NCBI GenBank assembly: GCA_963815195.1
Contig: CAWFGE010000001.1
Location: 1-64,000, forward strand
Direction of reading: 5' to 3'
From: an uncultured Planctomycetaceae bacterium
GTDB taxonomy: Bacteria > Planctomycetota > Planctomycetia > Planctomycetales > Planctomycetaceae
DNA length: 64,000 nucleotides
Made by a program: the position numbers and the translations under genes. Positions 9,299 through 20,196 of this stretch are shown here, in pieces (the first letter of the stretch is position 1; each line of letters starts with the position of its first letter). Under the pieces are notes generated by a model. It did not search any database and was not told the origin of the DNA. It was given only the letters and a program-made list of their open reading frames with translations.

Positions 9299-9605
9299 GG
9301 CCTTAGCCTTACTCAAAAAAGGAATCCGCGAAAACTTGTCATGGCGGTGCGACAAAAATGCCGGGCGCATCCAAAAGAGCGCCCAGCATCGTCACATCTG
9401 GGCATCCGCCCTCGCCAGATCACCCGACAACAGGGCCGCCGCGACAAGCAGGCCCCGGCCAATGAGGTCGCGATTCTTGAGGTCCATCATTCGTGTTCCT
9501 TTGCAATGAAGGTTTGTAGATTCACAACGCCAAACACTTTTCCACGAACGTCGTTTCATTGGCTAGGCCCAAGCCACCTCCTTGTTGATTCCTCAGCGGG
9601 GCGGA

Positions 9606-12119
9606 TCACTCGCTGGATTTGTTGTTCCGTGTCGCCGCTTCGAGCTTTTTGATGTCTTCAGGCGACAATTGGGGCCGGTCCACCTTGAGCGTCAGCTTGT
9701 TGAGTTTGGCCGTCAGCGGGAACGGTGGCTTGTAGTCCGCATCGTTCACGCCGGTGAGGGTGTCGGAACCTATGTCGAAGCTTTCGTCCCATTGCAGGAT
9801 CATGGGAATCGTCTTCGCCATCCTTTTCGTGGCGACGACCTTGCCGTCCACCTTGAGGGTCCCGGTGCCGGGCCGGCCCAGGCCGCTCATGTTGTTGAAC
9901 AGGAGCGTGCCCACGCCCAGGCCATCGTATTTGAAATCGAACTCCAGCGTGTGTTTGCCGGGCGAGAGGGCGTCTGGACCTTCCCACTTGATGCGCTCCA
10001 GGTCGATCAGGTTCCAGAGGAACACCGGCCTGCCCTTGAGCAGATAGAATCCGTAACCGCAAAAACGGCCGCCGGAGGTGAGAATCATGCCCTTGGCCCC
10101 GCTTTCAGGCACCGTGATGTCCGCGGTGATGGTGTAGGAACTGTTGAGAAGGAACGGTGAATCCCCTTGGGGCAGGCCGACCATGGGCAAGGTGTAGACA
10201 AACTCGTTGCGGCCGGCGGTGATGTTCGGGCGCGGAGCCACGATGCGGGTGGCCACCGAGGCATCCATGGGGAAAACCTGGTACTTCTTCGCTTCCGCGA
10301 TGAACAGCTTTTTCATTTCCTGGACCTTGTCCGGATGCTTGTCGGCGAGGTTCACCGATTGGCTGAAGTCGGTGTTCAGGTCGTAGAGTTCGAGCACCTG
10401 GTTATTGAGCGGATCGGGGTTGGCGGCGCCGAAGGCTTCCCACGGCGCGCGGTTCACCTCGGTGCTGAGCAGCCAGCCTTGGTTATATAAAGCCCATTGG
10501 CCCATCATCTCGAAATACTGAATCTTGTGCCGCGACGGTTCCTGGGCGTTCTTCGCGTCAAACGTATAGGCCAGGCTCGTGCCTTCGATGGGCGCCTGTT
10601 TAATTCCGTCCACGGTTTCCGGGGCAGGGATTCCGGTGACCTCCAGAATGGTGGGCACGATGTCGATCACGTGGCAGAACTGTTCCCTGAGCCCGCCTTT
10701 GTCCTTGATTCGCGCCGGCCACGAAATCGCCATGTTTTGGCGGATGCCGCCCAACTTCGAGGCGTTCTGCTTGAACCAGGTGAAGGGCGTGTCAAAGGCC
10801 CAGGACCAGCCTGCCGACATGTGATTGTAGGTCTCTTCCGTGCCCCACACATCGTACCATTTCATCTGCACATCGACCGGCATCTCGTTGACGCCGTTGA
10901 AGAACGCGACCTCGTTGGGGGTTCCCAGCGGGCCGCCCTCGGCACTTGTGCCGTTGTCCCCGTTGATGTAGATGATGAGCGTGTTGTCGAGCTTTCCCAT
11001 GTCTTCAATGGTTTGAATGACGCGGCCAATCTCGTGATCGTTGTAAGCGGCATAGGCCGCGAAAATCTCCACCTGCTTGATGAACAATTTCTTCTCATCC
11101 GCCGTGCAGTCCTCCCAATTCTTGATGAGATCCGTCGGCCAGGGCGCAAGCTGGGTGTCTTTTGGGATCACCCCGAGGTGCTTTTGAGTCTCGAAGATTT
11201 TCTCGCGTACTTTGTTCCAGCCCTCATCGAACAAGTGCATGTTGTGAATCTTGTCGACCCATTCCTTGGTCGGGTGATGCGGCGCGTGCGTGGCACCGGG
11301 CGCATATTTGACGAAGAAGGGCTTGCTGGGCATGGTCTGGTTGATGCGATTCAGGTACTCGATCGCGTCGTCCGCCATGCCGGTGACCAGATTCCAGCCG
11401 GGCTTGCCTGAGAATGGATAAATCTGCGTGGTGTTGCGGAACAGGTTCGGCTCCCACTGGTTGGCATCGCCGCCCACGAAGCCGTAGAAATACTCGAAGC
11501 CCATCCCCGTCGGCCATTGGTCGAAGGGACCGACCTGGCTGGCCGCGAAAGCCGGGGTATTGTGATCCTTGCCGAACCACGACGTGGCGTAGCCGTTGTC
11601 GAGCAGAATCCGCCCGATGGTGGCCTTGTCCTTGGCGATGATGCTGTTATAGCCGGGGAAGCCCGTGGACTGCTCGGAAATGACTCCGAAACCGGCCGAG
11701 TGATGGTTCCGCCCGGTGATGAGCGCCGCCCGCGTCGGCGAGCACAGCGCGGTGGAATGGATGTTGTTGTAGCGCAGCCCGTTCTTCGCGACGCGGTCCA
11801 TCGTGGGCGTGGGAATGACCCCGCCGAAGGTGCTCGGCACGCCGAACCCCGCATCGTCCGTGATGATAAGGAGCACATTGGGAGCATCCTGGGGAGGCAC
11901 GATCCGCGGTGCCCACCACGGTTTCGATTGCAGGGCGCCATTTTTAATCACGCCGCCGAATTTTGGTTCGGGCGCGGGCAATTGTTTGCCGCTGATGGTC
12001 GTCGTGGCGCTGGGCGAACCGGGCGTGCCGGTGATGACTTGCGCCTCGGTGGATGCGGAAATCGTCAGGGTGATGGCAGCCATCATCCCGCAAAGTGCAC
12101 TGAGTCGATGTCGTTTCAT
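9606..12119 (-). CDS. Arylsulfatase (Cys-type) with C-terminal extension
   Basis: Signal peptide, PNVLLIITDD, CSPTRAALITGR signature, GKDH, HAPHH, GDNG. Confidence 0.95.
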   Translation of the reverse strand: MKRHRLSALCGMMAAITLTISASTEAQVITGTPGSPSATTTISGKQLPAPEPKFGGVIKNGALQSKPWWAPRIVPPQDAPNVLLIITDDAGFGVPSTFGGVIPTPTMDRVAKNGLRYNNIHSTALCSPTRAALITGRNHHSAGFGVISEQSTGFPGYNSIIAKDKATIGRILLDNGYATSWFGKDHNTPAFAASQVGPFDQWPTGMGFEYFYGFVGGDANQWEPNLFRNTTQIYPFSGKPGWNLVTGMADDAIEYLNRINQTMPSKPFFVKYAPGATHAPHHPTKEWVDKIHNMHLFDEGWNKVREKIFETQKHLGVIPKDTQLAPWPTDLIKNWEDCTADEKKLFIKQVEIFAAYAAYNDHEIGRVIQTIEDMGKLDNTLIIYINGDNGTSAEGGPLGTPNEVAFFNGVNEMPVDVQMKWYDVWGTEETYNHMSAGWSWAFDTPFTWFKQNASKLGGIRQNMAISWPARIKDKGGLREQFCHVIDIVPTILEVTGIPAPETVDGIKQAPIEGTSLAYTFDAKNAQEPSRHKIQYFEMMGQWALYNQGWLLSTEVNRAPWEAFGAANPDPLNNQVLELYDLNTDFSQSVNLADKHPDKVQEMKKLFIAEAKKYQVFPMDASVATRIVAPRPNITAGRNEFVYTLPMVGLPQGDSPFLLNSSYTITADITVPESGAKGMILTSGGRFCGYGFYLLKGRPVFLWNLIDLERIKWEGPDALSPGKHTLEFDFKYDGLGVGTLLFNNMSGLGRPGTGTLKVDGKVVATKRMAKTIPMILQWDESFDIGSDTLTGVNDADYKPPFPLTAKLNKLTLKVDRPQLSPEDIKKLEAATRNNKSSE

Positions 12120-12193
12120 GATTTGCCTTTCGAGCAATGGATTTTGTTCAATCGATTTGAGGCCGAACTTCTCCATGACAACAACGGCCTCGT

Positions 12194-12553
12194 TCATTTT
12201 TCTTCCAGCCAGACCCAGGCTTCTTCGGTTTCCGAAACGTCAAAGTATCGAATCGTCCCCTCGGTGAAGGGCTTGCAAATCGTGGCCATCCAATGCTCCC
12301 ACTTCTTGTCGCCAACAAGGGCGATGCGTTCCACATCGTGGCAATGCGTGGACGAGAACTTGATGTCGTCCCAAAGCGCGTGCGGATCCCAACCGTTGAA
12401 ATCGTGAAACAGAGCGAGCAAACGGACCTTGCCGTGCTCGGCGACGGCGGCATCAATCACCGGAACGAATTTCTGATAGTCCAAATCGTGCAAGCGGCCC
12501 GATAATCGAAATCCGAGAAGGGGGCCACTGCTACGGGGAAGCTGCTCGATCAT
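12194..12553 (-). CDS. STAS/SEC14 (SpoIIAA-like) domain protein
   Basis: LSGRLHDLDY, KVRLL, FNGW..ALWDD, ERIALVGD..W, IRYF...EAWVWL. Confidence 0.88.
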   Translation of the reverse strand: MIEQLPRSSGPLLGFRLSGRLHDLDYQKFVPVIDAAVAEHGKVRLLALFHDFNGWDPHALWDDIKFSSTHCHDVERIALVGDKKWEHWMATICKPFTEGTIRYFDVSETEEAWVWLEEK

Positions 12554-12739
12554 GACGCGGTCCTTTGCAATGAAACGCCGATTGAACGGAACGGATGGCG
12601 AATCGACGATTATCCGGGCCAGAGGCGGAATGATATACTAACGCTTGGCCATTGCGATTGCATGGGACTTTGGTCCAACTCGCGAGAATTTCACATCAAA
12701 GAATGCACCGCGGTTTGCTCGGCATGGCATCAATCCGCA

Positions 12740-13026
12740 ATTGCGCGAGGATGATCGTTCGACGGCGAGCGCAATCGCATCCAGCAGAGCTTGATCGTCA
12801 AACGGCTGGAGCCCCCCAGCCCGCAAGATATTGGACCTTGGTGCAATGGACTGGCGGATTCGGCTCTACGGAATTGGCTGGCCGAACATCAACCGGAAAT
12901 CGGGCCGCTCCCCGTTTTGATTCCCCCCAGGCCGGCGACTCGCACCAGGTCGGCCACCGAATCCGCCGGCATTTTGGCCATCACCCGGCCGCGGTAGACC
13001 TTGACTGTTTTTTCCACCGTGCCCTT
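12740..13026 (-). pseudogene. Remnants of a FixJ/LuxR-type response regulator C-terminus and a receiver protein
   Basis: ~13025-12925 reads GTVEKTVKVYRGRVMAKMPADSVADLVRVA; ~12810-12750 reads LQPFDDQALLDAIALAV; no starts or N-terminal domains. Confidence 0.65.
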
Positions 13027-13029
13027 TCC

Positions 13030-14520
13030 CTATTTCCTGTCGTCCGCTTCGCGGGCCAACGTCAACAGCCGCTCGGTGAAACGCCGCCGCACCGGACCCG
13101 AGGCTTCCTCGATCGTTTTCCCGAGAAAGATCACGGAAATCCCGGATTGAAATTGCAGCCGGCCGACGTTGAAAAAGATCAGCGTACCGCGCCCGGTCCG
13201 CGCATCAAACAGATCGTCCTCGAACTTCTCGAGGATTTCGGCAAAGGGAACTTTCTCCAATCCGTGGAGATGATGAAACACCTCGACCGCGAAGGGCTGG
13301 GTTTTCCAGTCCCCGAACAGGCGGTTCATCAGCAGCATGGGCAGCGACGTGCCGCCCCAACGCCCGTTGCATTCGATCAGCTCCGCTCGGCAGGTCTTGA
13401 ATTCCTCTCCCACGAGAATCCAATCGAACGAGCACCGGCCCACGTAGCCCAGCCGCTGATACAACCGGGCCAGCGTCCACGAGCGATCGACCATCAACTG
13501 CGCGGGCGGATCGGGAAGGTCGGCGGGGATCGTGCCCACGAATGTGCCTTCGTCGCCTTGGGTGAGTTGGGTGAAGAGGCCTTCGATCACCGGCGGTCCC
13601 TCGGCTTCGGGCGGAATCCAAACCTGGACCGACGGCGAAGACAACACGTTCTCCTCCCACACATCGACCTGAAGCTCGCAATCGCCCTTCCATGCCAGCA
13701 AGCCGGTTTGTTTTTGCACGATCTGCTCGATCTCGATGAGCGACGCCCCCGCGAGCGTCTTGCACTTCAACTGCACGTTGCCCACGCCCCCGGAGGAATC
13801 CGGCAACTTGAGGACAATCGCATTCGCTTTCTTCGCCAACTCTTGAACTCGGCAGGCGAGTTGGCTCAAGTTCCAAGCGGATTCCGTTAAGGGAATCGAT
13901 CCCGCGCCAAACAGCCGGCAAACCGTCTTGGCGAATGCGACTTTATGATTCACCCAACTTGCCAGTCCCGGCGGCGGGGCGATGACTTGGAGCGGGCGGC
14001 CCGTTTCCTCCGTGAGCAGCACCGCCAGTTCCCACGCTGCCAGCGTGCCCATGTGCGGATGCAAAGCCCCGAGGTCCCCGCTGGCGACCTTCGCGATCAG
14101 TTTTTGCCGAATCGCTTCATCTTCCCAGCAGGCTTCGGCGATTCGCAGCGGGTTATGAGGCAGCCGGGGCCTGAGCCATTCCACGCGTCCCAAGCCGAGG
14201 CGGTCGCGAAAATAATCTTCCGCTCCCTCGACCTCATTCGCGCAGGTGGCGATCAAATCCCCGTCGCCCGCCCGCAGCCGCGCGCGGTCCTGATAGAACC
14301 GCTGGTCTTCTCCGGGAATGACCCGCGTGATCTCGCTGAGATCATCCAGATGCAAAGCCGGCCCTTCGCCCAGACGCTCGGGACGGAGTTTTTGAAATTC
14401 CGGAGGCATGGCCAATTCCGGCTGCTCCGCCAGCAACCGCGCGGCCATCCGTTCGGCCAATTCTTCCAACTCCGGCTTTTGGGAAGAAACCCGCATGTGT
14501 TCGACGATGGGCAACATCAT
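13030..14520 (-). CDS. Pre-ATP-grasp/ATP-grasp peptide-ligase-like protein
   Basis: NHKVAF, VLKLPDSSGGVGN, SPSVQ, GYVGRCSFD, IECNGRWGG. Confidence 0.75.
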   Translation of the reverse strand: MMLPIVEHMRVSSQKPELEELAERMAARLLAEQPELAMPPEFQKLRPERLGEGPALHLDDLSEITRVIPGEDQRFYQDRARLRAGDGDLIATCANEVEGAEDYFRDRLGLGRVEWLRPRLPHNPLRIAEACWEDEAIRQKLIAKVASGDLGALHPHMGTLAAWELAVLLTEETGRPLQVIAPPPGLASWVNHKVAFAKTVCRLFGAGSIPLTESAWNLSQLACRVQELAKKANAIVLKLPDSSGGVGNVQLKCKTLAGASLIEIEQIVQKQTGLLAWKGDCELQVDVWEENVLSSPSVQVWIPPEAEGPPVIEGLFTQLTQGDEGTFVGTIPADLPDPPAQLMVDRSWTLARLYQRLGYVGRCSFDWILVGEEFKTCRAELIECNGRWGGTSLPMLLMNRLFGDWKTQPFAVEVFHHLHGLEKVPFAEILEKFEDDLFDARTGRGTLIFFNVGRLQFQSGISVIFLGKTIEEASGPVRRRFTERLLTLAREADDRK

Positions 14521-14685
14521 TGTGAGTCCAACTTTCCGAGATTCACCCCTCGAACTAGAAACTTGCGTTGCACGCGCTGAGTTTACGGACGCCCCACCTA
14601 ACTTTTTAAGACACCCGTTTGTTCCCGCGGGCTACCGTCCGAGAGGAGATTTTGAATAAAATGTTATTGATCCAAAAATTTTCTG

Positions 14686-17600
14686 ATGGAATTGCGCGTC
14701 ATCATGCCTAGGCCGAAGTATTTTAACCGGATTTGCAAACGAGCATTGCTGTCGGCGGTGATTTGGCTGGCGGGCGTTTTCTCGTTTCGCGCGGCCGCCG
14801 CCGAGTCGGAGTTCGCGACCGCCGCGGCTCCGCTCCTGAAAACCTATTGCTTTGACTGCCATAGCAACCAACATGCCGAAGCCCACGTGAATTTGGAGAG
14901 ACTGGCCGCCGACACCTCTTCCTTCGCCACGGATTTCAAAACCTGGCGGACGGCGGTCCGGATGCTCGATCAAAACCGCATGCCGCCTGCCGAGGCCACA
15001 AAACCGGATGCCAAGGAACGCCGAAGGCTGCTGGAGGGCATTCGGCGTCGGCTCGATCAAACGGCCCGCGAACACGCCGACGATCCCGGCGAAGTCCCGC
15101 TCCGCCGGCTGACGAGTGCCGAATACGATTACACATTCGGCGATCTGACGGGACTGGATTTGAAGCTTCAAAACCAACTCGCGGGCGATGCCGTGGGCGG
15201 GGAAGGTTTTTCCAACGTGGGCCTGGTGCAGTTCCTGCAGGATTCGACTTTGGAGCAATACCTCGCCGCCGGCAAAACCGTCGCCTCGCATGCCGTCGTT
15301 GGTGCGGGGCCGCTCGGGTTTTACGAAACGCCCGGCAAGACGGGCCTGGAACTTTCAGCCATTTCGAGAATCCAAGACATCTACCGCCAGCACGGTTTTC
15401 GCACCGCGGCGGGCGAAGGCGGCGAAGCCTTTGGCTTGGACCATTATCCCAGAGCCTTTTTCGCCTGCTGGCGATACAAATCCCGCAAAGAACTGGGGCG
15501 TGAAGACGCGACTTTCAAAACAGTCGCGGTTGAGGAAGGCTTGGATGTCCGTTTCGTCGAGCATATCTGGTCGGTGCTCACGATGGATTCGCCCGCGTTT
15601 CCAACCTCCGAAATCGTCTCCCGCTGGCAAAAACTTCCCGCTCCCGTTTCACAAGGCGATAAAGAGCAAACCGAGATTCGGGGCCGCTGCCGGGCGATTC
15701 ACCAGGTCATGCTCGATTGGCAAACCCGCTTCGGCAAAAACCCCGACGCCAAGGAGGAAGCCCCGCTCTTGGCGGAGGATATGTTCCACGTCTCGCGGTT
15801 CCAGCCGTTCGACATGAACATCAACTGGCCCAAGGGAACAACCGCGGCCCATCTGCAAATGTCGATCGATCTCGCGAACCGCGAAGGCGAGGCGAACGCC
15901 GTCGTCATCTGGAAAAAGCCGCGAATCCAGTTCCGCATGACGGATGGAAAACTGGGACCATTCCGGCCGCTCCGCGAAATCCTGCCGGCCGGCGAAGCGC
16001 AAAAACTCAAATTCGGCCGGCATCCCAATCGAGCGAAAATCGGCCAGGATGACTTCGTGACGACCTCCGCCAAATCGCCCGTGATGGAGATCCCGATTCC
16101 CGACGGGGCCCGCATCGGCCGGCTTTTAGTCGAAGCGGAACTCGATGTGACCCACGGCGAGGATTGCATCGTGCGTTGCAGCATCGCGCAGGAGGAAGAC
16201 ACGGACCAGGGCAAATCGGTGTCGGGCCTGCTCGCGAACCCCGATCATCCGGACTTCGACAAATGGAAAGCGGGCGTGGTGGAGTTTGCCCGTTTGTTGC
16301 CGCAGGTTTCGCACCGGGAACCGGCCCCGTCGGACCGCGATCCCATCCCGCCGCCTTTCGACGGTTCCTATAACAACGCCGAGCGAAACCTGTTTCACAC
16401 CAAGATCAAGTATTACCGCGACGACGGCTTTCTGGTCCGGCACATTCTGGACGATGCCACCCGGAGCCGGCTCGATCAGGCTTGGATCGATCTCTTGGGC
16501 TCGTTTGATTTTTACGAGGCCAACTTGCGATTCGTCGCGAAAAAGTATCAGTTCGATCTCGCCGGCCGAAGCATCCACGATCTTGACGAATCCTGGATCG
16601 GCCAACTCCCGGCGGAACCGCGACCGTTCGTGCGCAGGCTGCACGAAAGTTTTCAAAAATCGCAAGACGCCTTCCGAACCGCGGAGCCGGGGCACGTGGA
16701 AGACGCCCTGAAATTTGCCCGCTTCGCCTGGCGGCGGCCGTTGTCGATCCAGGAAACCCAGCGGCTGCGGGAGTACTATCAACGGCTCCGCACCGAACGC
16801 CGGCTCGATCATGCCTCGGCGATTCGCGTTCTGCTTACGCGGATTTTGATGGCTCCGGAGTTTCTGTACCGCACCGAAAAACCCCCGGCGGGCGAAGTCG
16901 TTCCGCTCTCGCAACGGGAACTCGCGAGCCGGTTGAGCTATTTCCTGTGGTCGTCTGTCCCGGATGCGGAATTGAACCGCGCGGCCGAGGCCAGGGAACT
17001 CGCGGATCAAAAACAACTCGCCAAACAAGCCCGCAGGATGCTCCAGGACCCCAAAGCCCGCAGACTGGCGGCGGAGTTTTTCGGGCAGTGGTTCGGGTTT
17101 TATCGCTTCGACCAGTACCGGGGCATCGATCCCAAACGCTTTCCCGAATTCGATGACGGCCTCAAAACCGCCTTGCACGAAGAAGCGGTGTCGTTTTTTG
17201 AGCACATCGTCCGGGAAGACCGGCCGGTCAAGGACATCCTGTTCGCCGACTATGTATTTCTCAACGGCGAACTCGCGAAGCATTATGGGATCGATCAAAC
17301 CGCGGCGGACAATGCGGAAAGTTTTCAGCGGTTCGAGAACGCGGGGCGGTTTCATCGCGGGGGCCTGTTCGGATTGGGAGCGGTGCACGCGGTGACGTCC
17401 GCTCCGCTGCGGACCAGTCCGGTGAAGCGGGGCGATTGGGTGCTTCGACGCGTGCTGGGAACGCCGGTCCCGCCGCCGCCTCCCGACGCCGGCTCCATTC
17501 CCGCCGATGATGTGCTCGGCGACGGCAAAACCGTTAGAGAGCGGCTGGAATCCCACCGCCGGGGCGTCTCCTGCCGAAACTGCCACGCGCGGATCGACCC

Positions 17601-17985
17601 CTTGGGATTCGCGCTCGAGCAATTCGATCCCATTGGCCGCTGGCGGGACAAATACCGCGACGGCCAGGCGATCGACACCACCGGCGTTCTCAGCGACGGC
17701 TCGACGATCACCGGCCTCGACGATTTGAAAAGTTACCTCAAAACGCACCGGGATCTGTTCGAGCGCACGCTGTGCATAAAGCTCGCGGGATACGCCTTGG
17801 GACGGAGCGAATCGATCGCGGATGTCTATCTCATCGATCAAATGCTCGCGGGCTTGGAAACGGACGACCGGTTTTCGACGCTGGTGGGAAAGATCGTCAC
17901 CAGCCCGCAGTTCCGCTACCAACGCGGCCGGGATTTCAAGACGATGATTGATAAACAACTCAAACGTTCGGGTGGCACGCCCTGA
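14686..17985 (+). CDS. DUF1592/1588/1587/1595/1585-type planctomycete cytochrome-c-domain protein
   Basis: YCFDCH, MPP, LRRLT..EY, AWRRPL, ELASRLSYFLWSSVPD, RTSPVKRG, CRNCHARIDPLGFALE. Confidence 0.92.
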   Translation: MELRVIMPRPKYFNRICKRALLSAVIWLAGVFSFRAAAAESEFATAAAPLLKTYCFDCHSNQHAEAHVNLERLAADTSSFATDFKTWRTAVRMLDQNRMPPAEATKPDAKERRRLLEGIRRRLDQTAREHADDPGEVPLRRLTSAEYDYTFGDLTGLDLKLQNQLAGDAVGGEGFSNVGLVQFLQDSTLEQYLAAGKTVASHAVVGAGPLGFYETPGKTGLELSAISRIQDIYRQHGFRTAAGEGGEAFGLDHYPRAFFACWRYKSRKELGREDATFKTVAVEEGLDVRFVEHIWSVLTMDSPAFPTSEIVSRWQKLPAPVSQGDKEQTEIRGRCRAIHQVMLDWQTRFGKNPDAKEEAPLLAEDMFHVSRFQPFDMNINWPKGTTAAHLQMSIDLANREGEANAVVIWKKPRIQFRMTDGKLGPFRPLREILPAGEAQKLKFGRHPNRAKIGQDDFVTTSAKSPVMEIPIPDGARIGRLLVEAELDVTHGEDCIVRCSIAQEEDTDQGKSVSGLLANPDHPDFDKWKAGVVEFARLLPQVSHREPAPSDRDPIPPPFDGSYNNAERNLFHTKIKYYRDDGFLVRHILDDATRSRLDQAWIDLLGSFDFYEANLRFVAKKYQFDLAGRSIHDLDESWIGQLPAEPRPFVRRLHESFQKSQDAFRTAEPGHVEDALKFARFAWRRPLSIQETQRLREYYQRLRTERRLDHASAIRVLLTRILMAPEFLYRTEKPPAGEVVPLSQRELASRLSYFLWSSVPDAELNRAAEARELADQKQLAKQARRMLQDPKARRLAAEFFGQWFGFYRFDQYRGIDPKRFPEFDDGLKTALHEEAVSFFEHIVREDRPVKDILFADYVFLNGELAKHYGIDQTAADNAESFQRFENAGRFHRGGLFGLGAVHAVTSAPLRTSPVKRGDWVLRRVLGTPVPPPPPDAGSIPADDVLGDGKTVRERLESHRRGVSCRNCHARIDPLGFALEQFDPIGRWRDKYRDGQAIDTTGVLSDGSTITGLDDLKSYLKTHRDLFERTLCIKLAGYALGRSESIADVYLIDQMLAGLETDDRFSTLVGKIVTSPQFRYQRGRDFKTMIDKQLKRSGGTP

Positions 17986-18050
17986 GGAACGAAGGGCGTG
18001 GCCTTTGTGATCGCCACGCCCTTCGCTGCGCTCAGGGACGTGCCACCCAC
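17970..18050. repeat. REP-like palindromic element
   Basis: GGGTGGCACG.CCCTGAG..CGAAGGGCGTGGC ... GCCACGCCCTTCG..CTCAGGG.CGTGCCACCC. Confidence 0.75.
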
Positions 18051-18125
18051 CGCGGCCGGGATTTCGAGTCCAAGCAATCGGCCGCAGCGATCAACACAAG
18101 AAACTAAAACCAGGAAGCCGAGCAA

Positions 18126-19496
18126 ATGAGACAGCACACAGAACCCCATTGGAGCGAAGGCATTTCCCGGCGGGGATTTTTGCGCGGGGCCGGGTTGGCG
18201 CTTGCCCTGCCTTGGCTGGAATCCCTGCCGCTGCGGGCGGAGGATTCGGGAAAAAAGGCCGCTCCGAAAAAATCCGCCAGGCCGCCGGTGCGGTTTGGGT
18301 GCGTGTATTTCTCCAACGGCGTCGAGCCGGAACATTGGTGGGCCAAGGGCCGCGGATCCGAGATGGAATTGGGTCCCGGCCCGAAACCTTTGGAGCCGTT
18401 CCGCGACGACCTCGTGTTTTTGAAGGGACTGTTCAACGAGCAGGCGGTGAAAAACCGCAGCGCCCACTTGGGCCGGATGCCGAACCTCTTGTCCGGGGCC
18501 TGGGTGAGCCTGGATCAGAACGACATCCGCGTCGGCAAAACGATGGACCAGGTCCTCGCCCAGAAAATCGGCCGGCGAACCGCGATCCCTTCGCTCGTCG
18601 TGGGCATCGAGCCGACGGAACTCCGGCTGGAAGATGGGCTGTCCATGATCTATGGCTCCTCGATCTCCTGGGCCTCCGCGACCAAGCCCGCCACCAAGGA
18701 AATCTACCCGGCCCGCGTGTTCGATCTCATCACAGGCGGCGGCAAAAGCCGACGGCTCGACCGCAGCATCTTGGACGAAGTCCTCGCGGATGCCCGTTCG
18801 CTCGAAACACGGCTGGATTCCGGCGACCGCAACAAACTGGGCGAATACCTGGACTCCATCCGCGACATCGAACACCGCATGGACCGCGCCGCCAAGGATC
18901 ATCGCCTGGAAGGTTACACGCCGACGCTCGCCGCCCCCAACATGGCCCGGCCCGCCGAAGACCTGCCGCAGGATGTGCCCGAGCACATGCGACTGATTTT
19001 GGATTTGATCGTGCTGGCGTTTCAGATGGACAAAACCCGCATCGCGACGTGCATGCTCAACAACGACCTTTCGCAAATGAACTTCGGGTTTCTGCCCGGC
19101 GTCCAGGGAAGTCTGCATCTCGACCTGACCCACAACGGCCGCGATCCAAAGCTCGAGGCGATGTACCTCAAGACCAACCAATTCCACGTCCAGCAGTTCG
19201 CGTATCTGCTCAAACGGCTCAGCGAGATCGACGAAGGCGGCACGTCGTTATTGTCCAATTCGCTGTTGATGTTTTGCTCCAACTTGTTCGACGGCGACAA
19301 GCATCAGGCGGACGAAATGCCGATCGTGCTCGCCGGCCAGGCGGGCGGAACGCTCAAAACGGGCCGGGTGCTGGATTACCTCAACCAAGGCGATGAAAAC
19401 CGCCGGGCTTGCAGTTTGTACCTGTCGATCCTGGACCGCCTGGGCGTCAACCTGCCCGCCTTCGGCGACACCAACCGGCGTTTGGCCGATCTATAG
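18126..19496 (+). CDS. DUF1552 protein with twin-arginine signal
   Basis: [39 protein letters not shown]; typical partner of the DUF1592 gene. Confidence 0.92.
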   Translation: MRQHTEPHWSEGISRRGFLRGAGLALALPWLESLPLRAEDSGKKAAPKKSARPPVRFGCVYFSNGVEPEHWWAKGRGSEMELGPGPKPLEPFRDDLVFLKGLFNEQAVKNRSAHLGRMPNLLSGAWVSLDQNDIRVGKTMDQVLAQKIGRRTAIPSLVVGIEPTELRLEDGLSMIYGSSISWASATKPATKEIYPARVFDLITGGGKSRRLDRSILDEVLADARSLETRLDSGDRNKLGEYLDSIRDIEHRMDRAAKDHRLEGYTPTLAAPNMARPAEDLPQDVPEHMRLILDLIVLAFQMDKTRIATCMLNNDLSQMNFGFLPGVQGSLHLDLTHNGRDPKLEAMYLKTNQFHVQQFAYLLKRLSEIDEGGTSLLSNSLLMFCSNLFDGDKHQADEMPIVLAGQAGGTLKTGRVLDYLNQGDENRRACSLYLSILDRLGVNLPAFGDTNRRLADL

Positions 19497-19668
19497 TGGC
19501 CTTTGGCTCACATTTCGGATATTTCGTGATCTGGTGCTTGGTGGGTCGCGAAAACACGCCCGGCGGCTGGAAGGTGCCGCTACGGCTTTGAGGCGTCCCG
19601 CCCAGGACGAAAAAACGCCGCGATCGCATTGAAAATTGGATTTTTCCCCGCAACGGGAAGCGGTTTCG

Positions 19669-19697
19669 TTGACAAACCGGGAGCCGGCAACTAAATT
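19669..19697 (+). promoter_or_regulatory. Sigma70-like promoter of the S10 cluster
   Basis: TTGACA-N17-TAAATT, ~120 bp upstream of rpsJ. Confidence 0.65.
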
Positions 19698-19818
19698 CAC
19701 CATTTCCCGCCGCCCGGCGGGGTAACCCACTCCCCACAAACGAGTCCCTCCAGGCGGAGAACGACGTGAGAAGTTGGGGGCAGAGTGATTTTTGAGGTCG
19801 ATACGAGGGGATCGGGTT

Positions 19819-20157
19819 GTGGCCGCAGCAGCAGAATCCAAAGAGCAAATACGAATCCGCATGGAGGCCTACGACCATTCGGTGCTGGATCAGTCGGCAT
19901 CGGACATCGTGGACACCGCCAAACGGACGGGGGCGATTGTGCATGGGCCGATTCCGCTGCCGACGCGCATCGAACGGTACACGGTGCTCCGCAGCCCGCA
20001 CATCGACAAAAAGTCGCGCGAGCAGTTCGAGATTCGGACGCACAAGCGGCTGATTGATATTGTGCAGCCCACGGGCAAAACCATCGACGCTTTGAACAAG
20101 TTGTCGCTGCCTGCCGGGGTGGACATCAAAATCAAAGCGACCGCAGCGGGCGGGTAG
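19819..20157 (+). CDS. rpsJ: 30S ribosomal protein S10
   Basis: [30 protein letters not shown]. Confidence 0.97.
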   Translation: MAAAAESKEQIRIRMEAYDHSVLDQSASDIVDTAKRTGAIVHGPIPLPTRIERYTVLRSPHIDKKSREQFEIRTHKRLIDIVQPTGKTIDALNKLSLPAGVDIKIKATAAGG

Positions 20158-20169
20158 GAGTTTCAGCAG

Positions 20170-20196
20170 AAAACCTGGGGTGTTCCCCGGGTTTTT
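20170..20196 (+). terminator. Intrinsic-terminator-like hairpin between rpsJ and rplC
   Basis: AAAACCTGGGG-TGTT-CCCCGGG-TTTTT. Confidence 0.5.
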
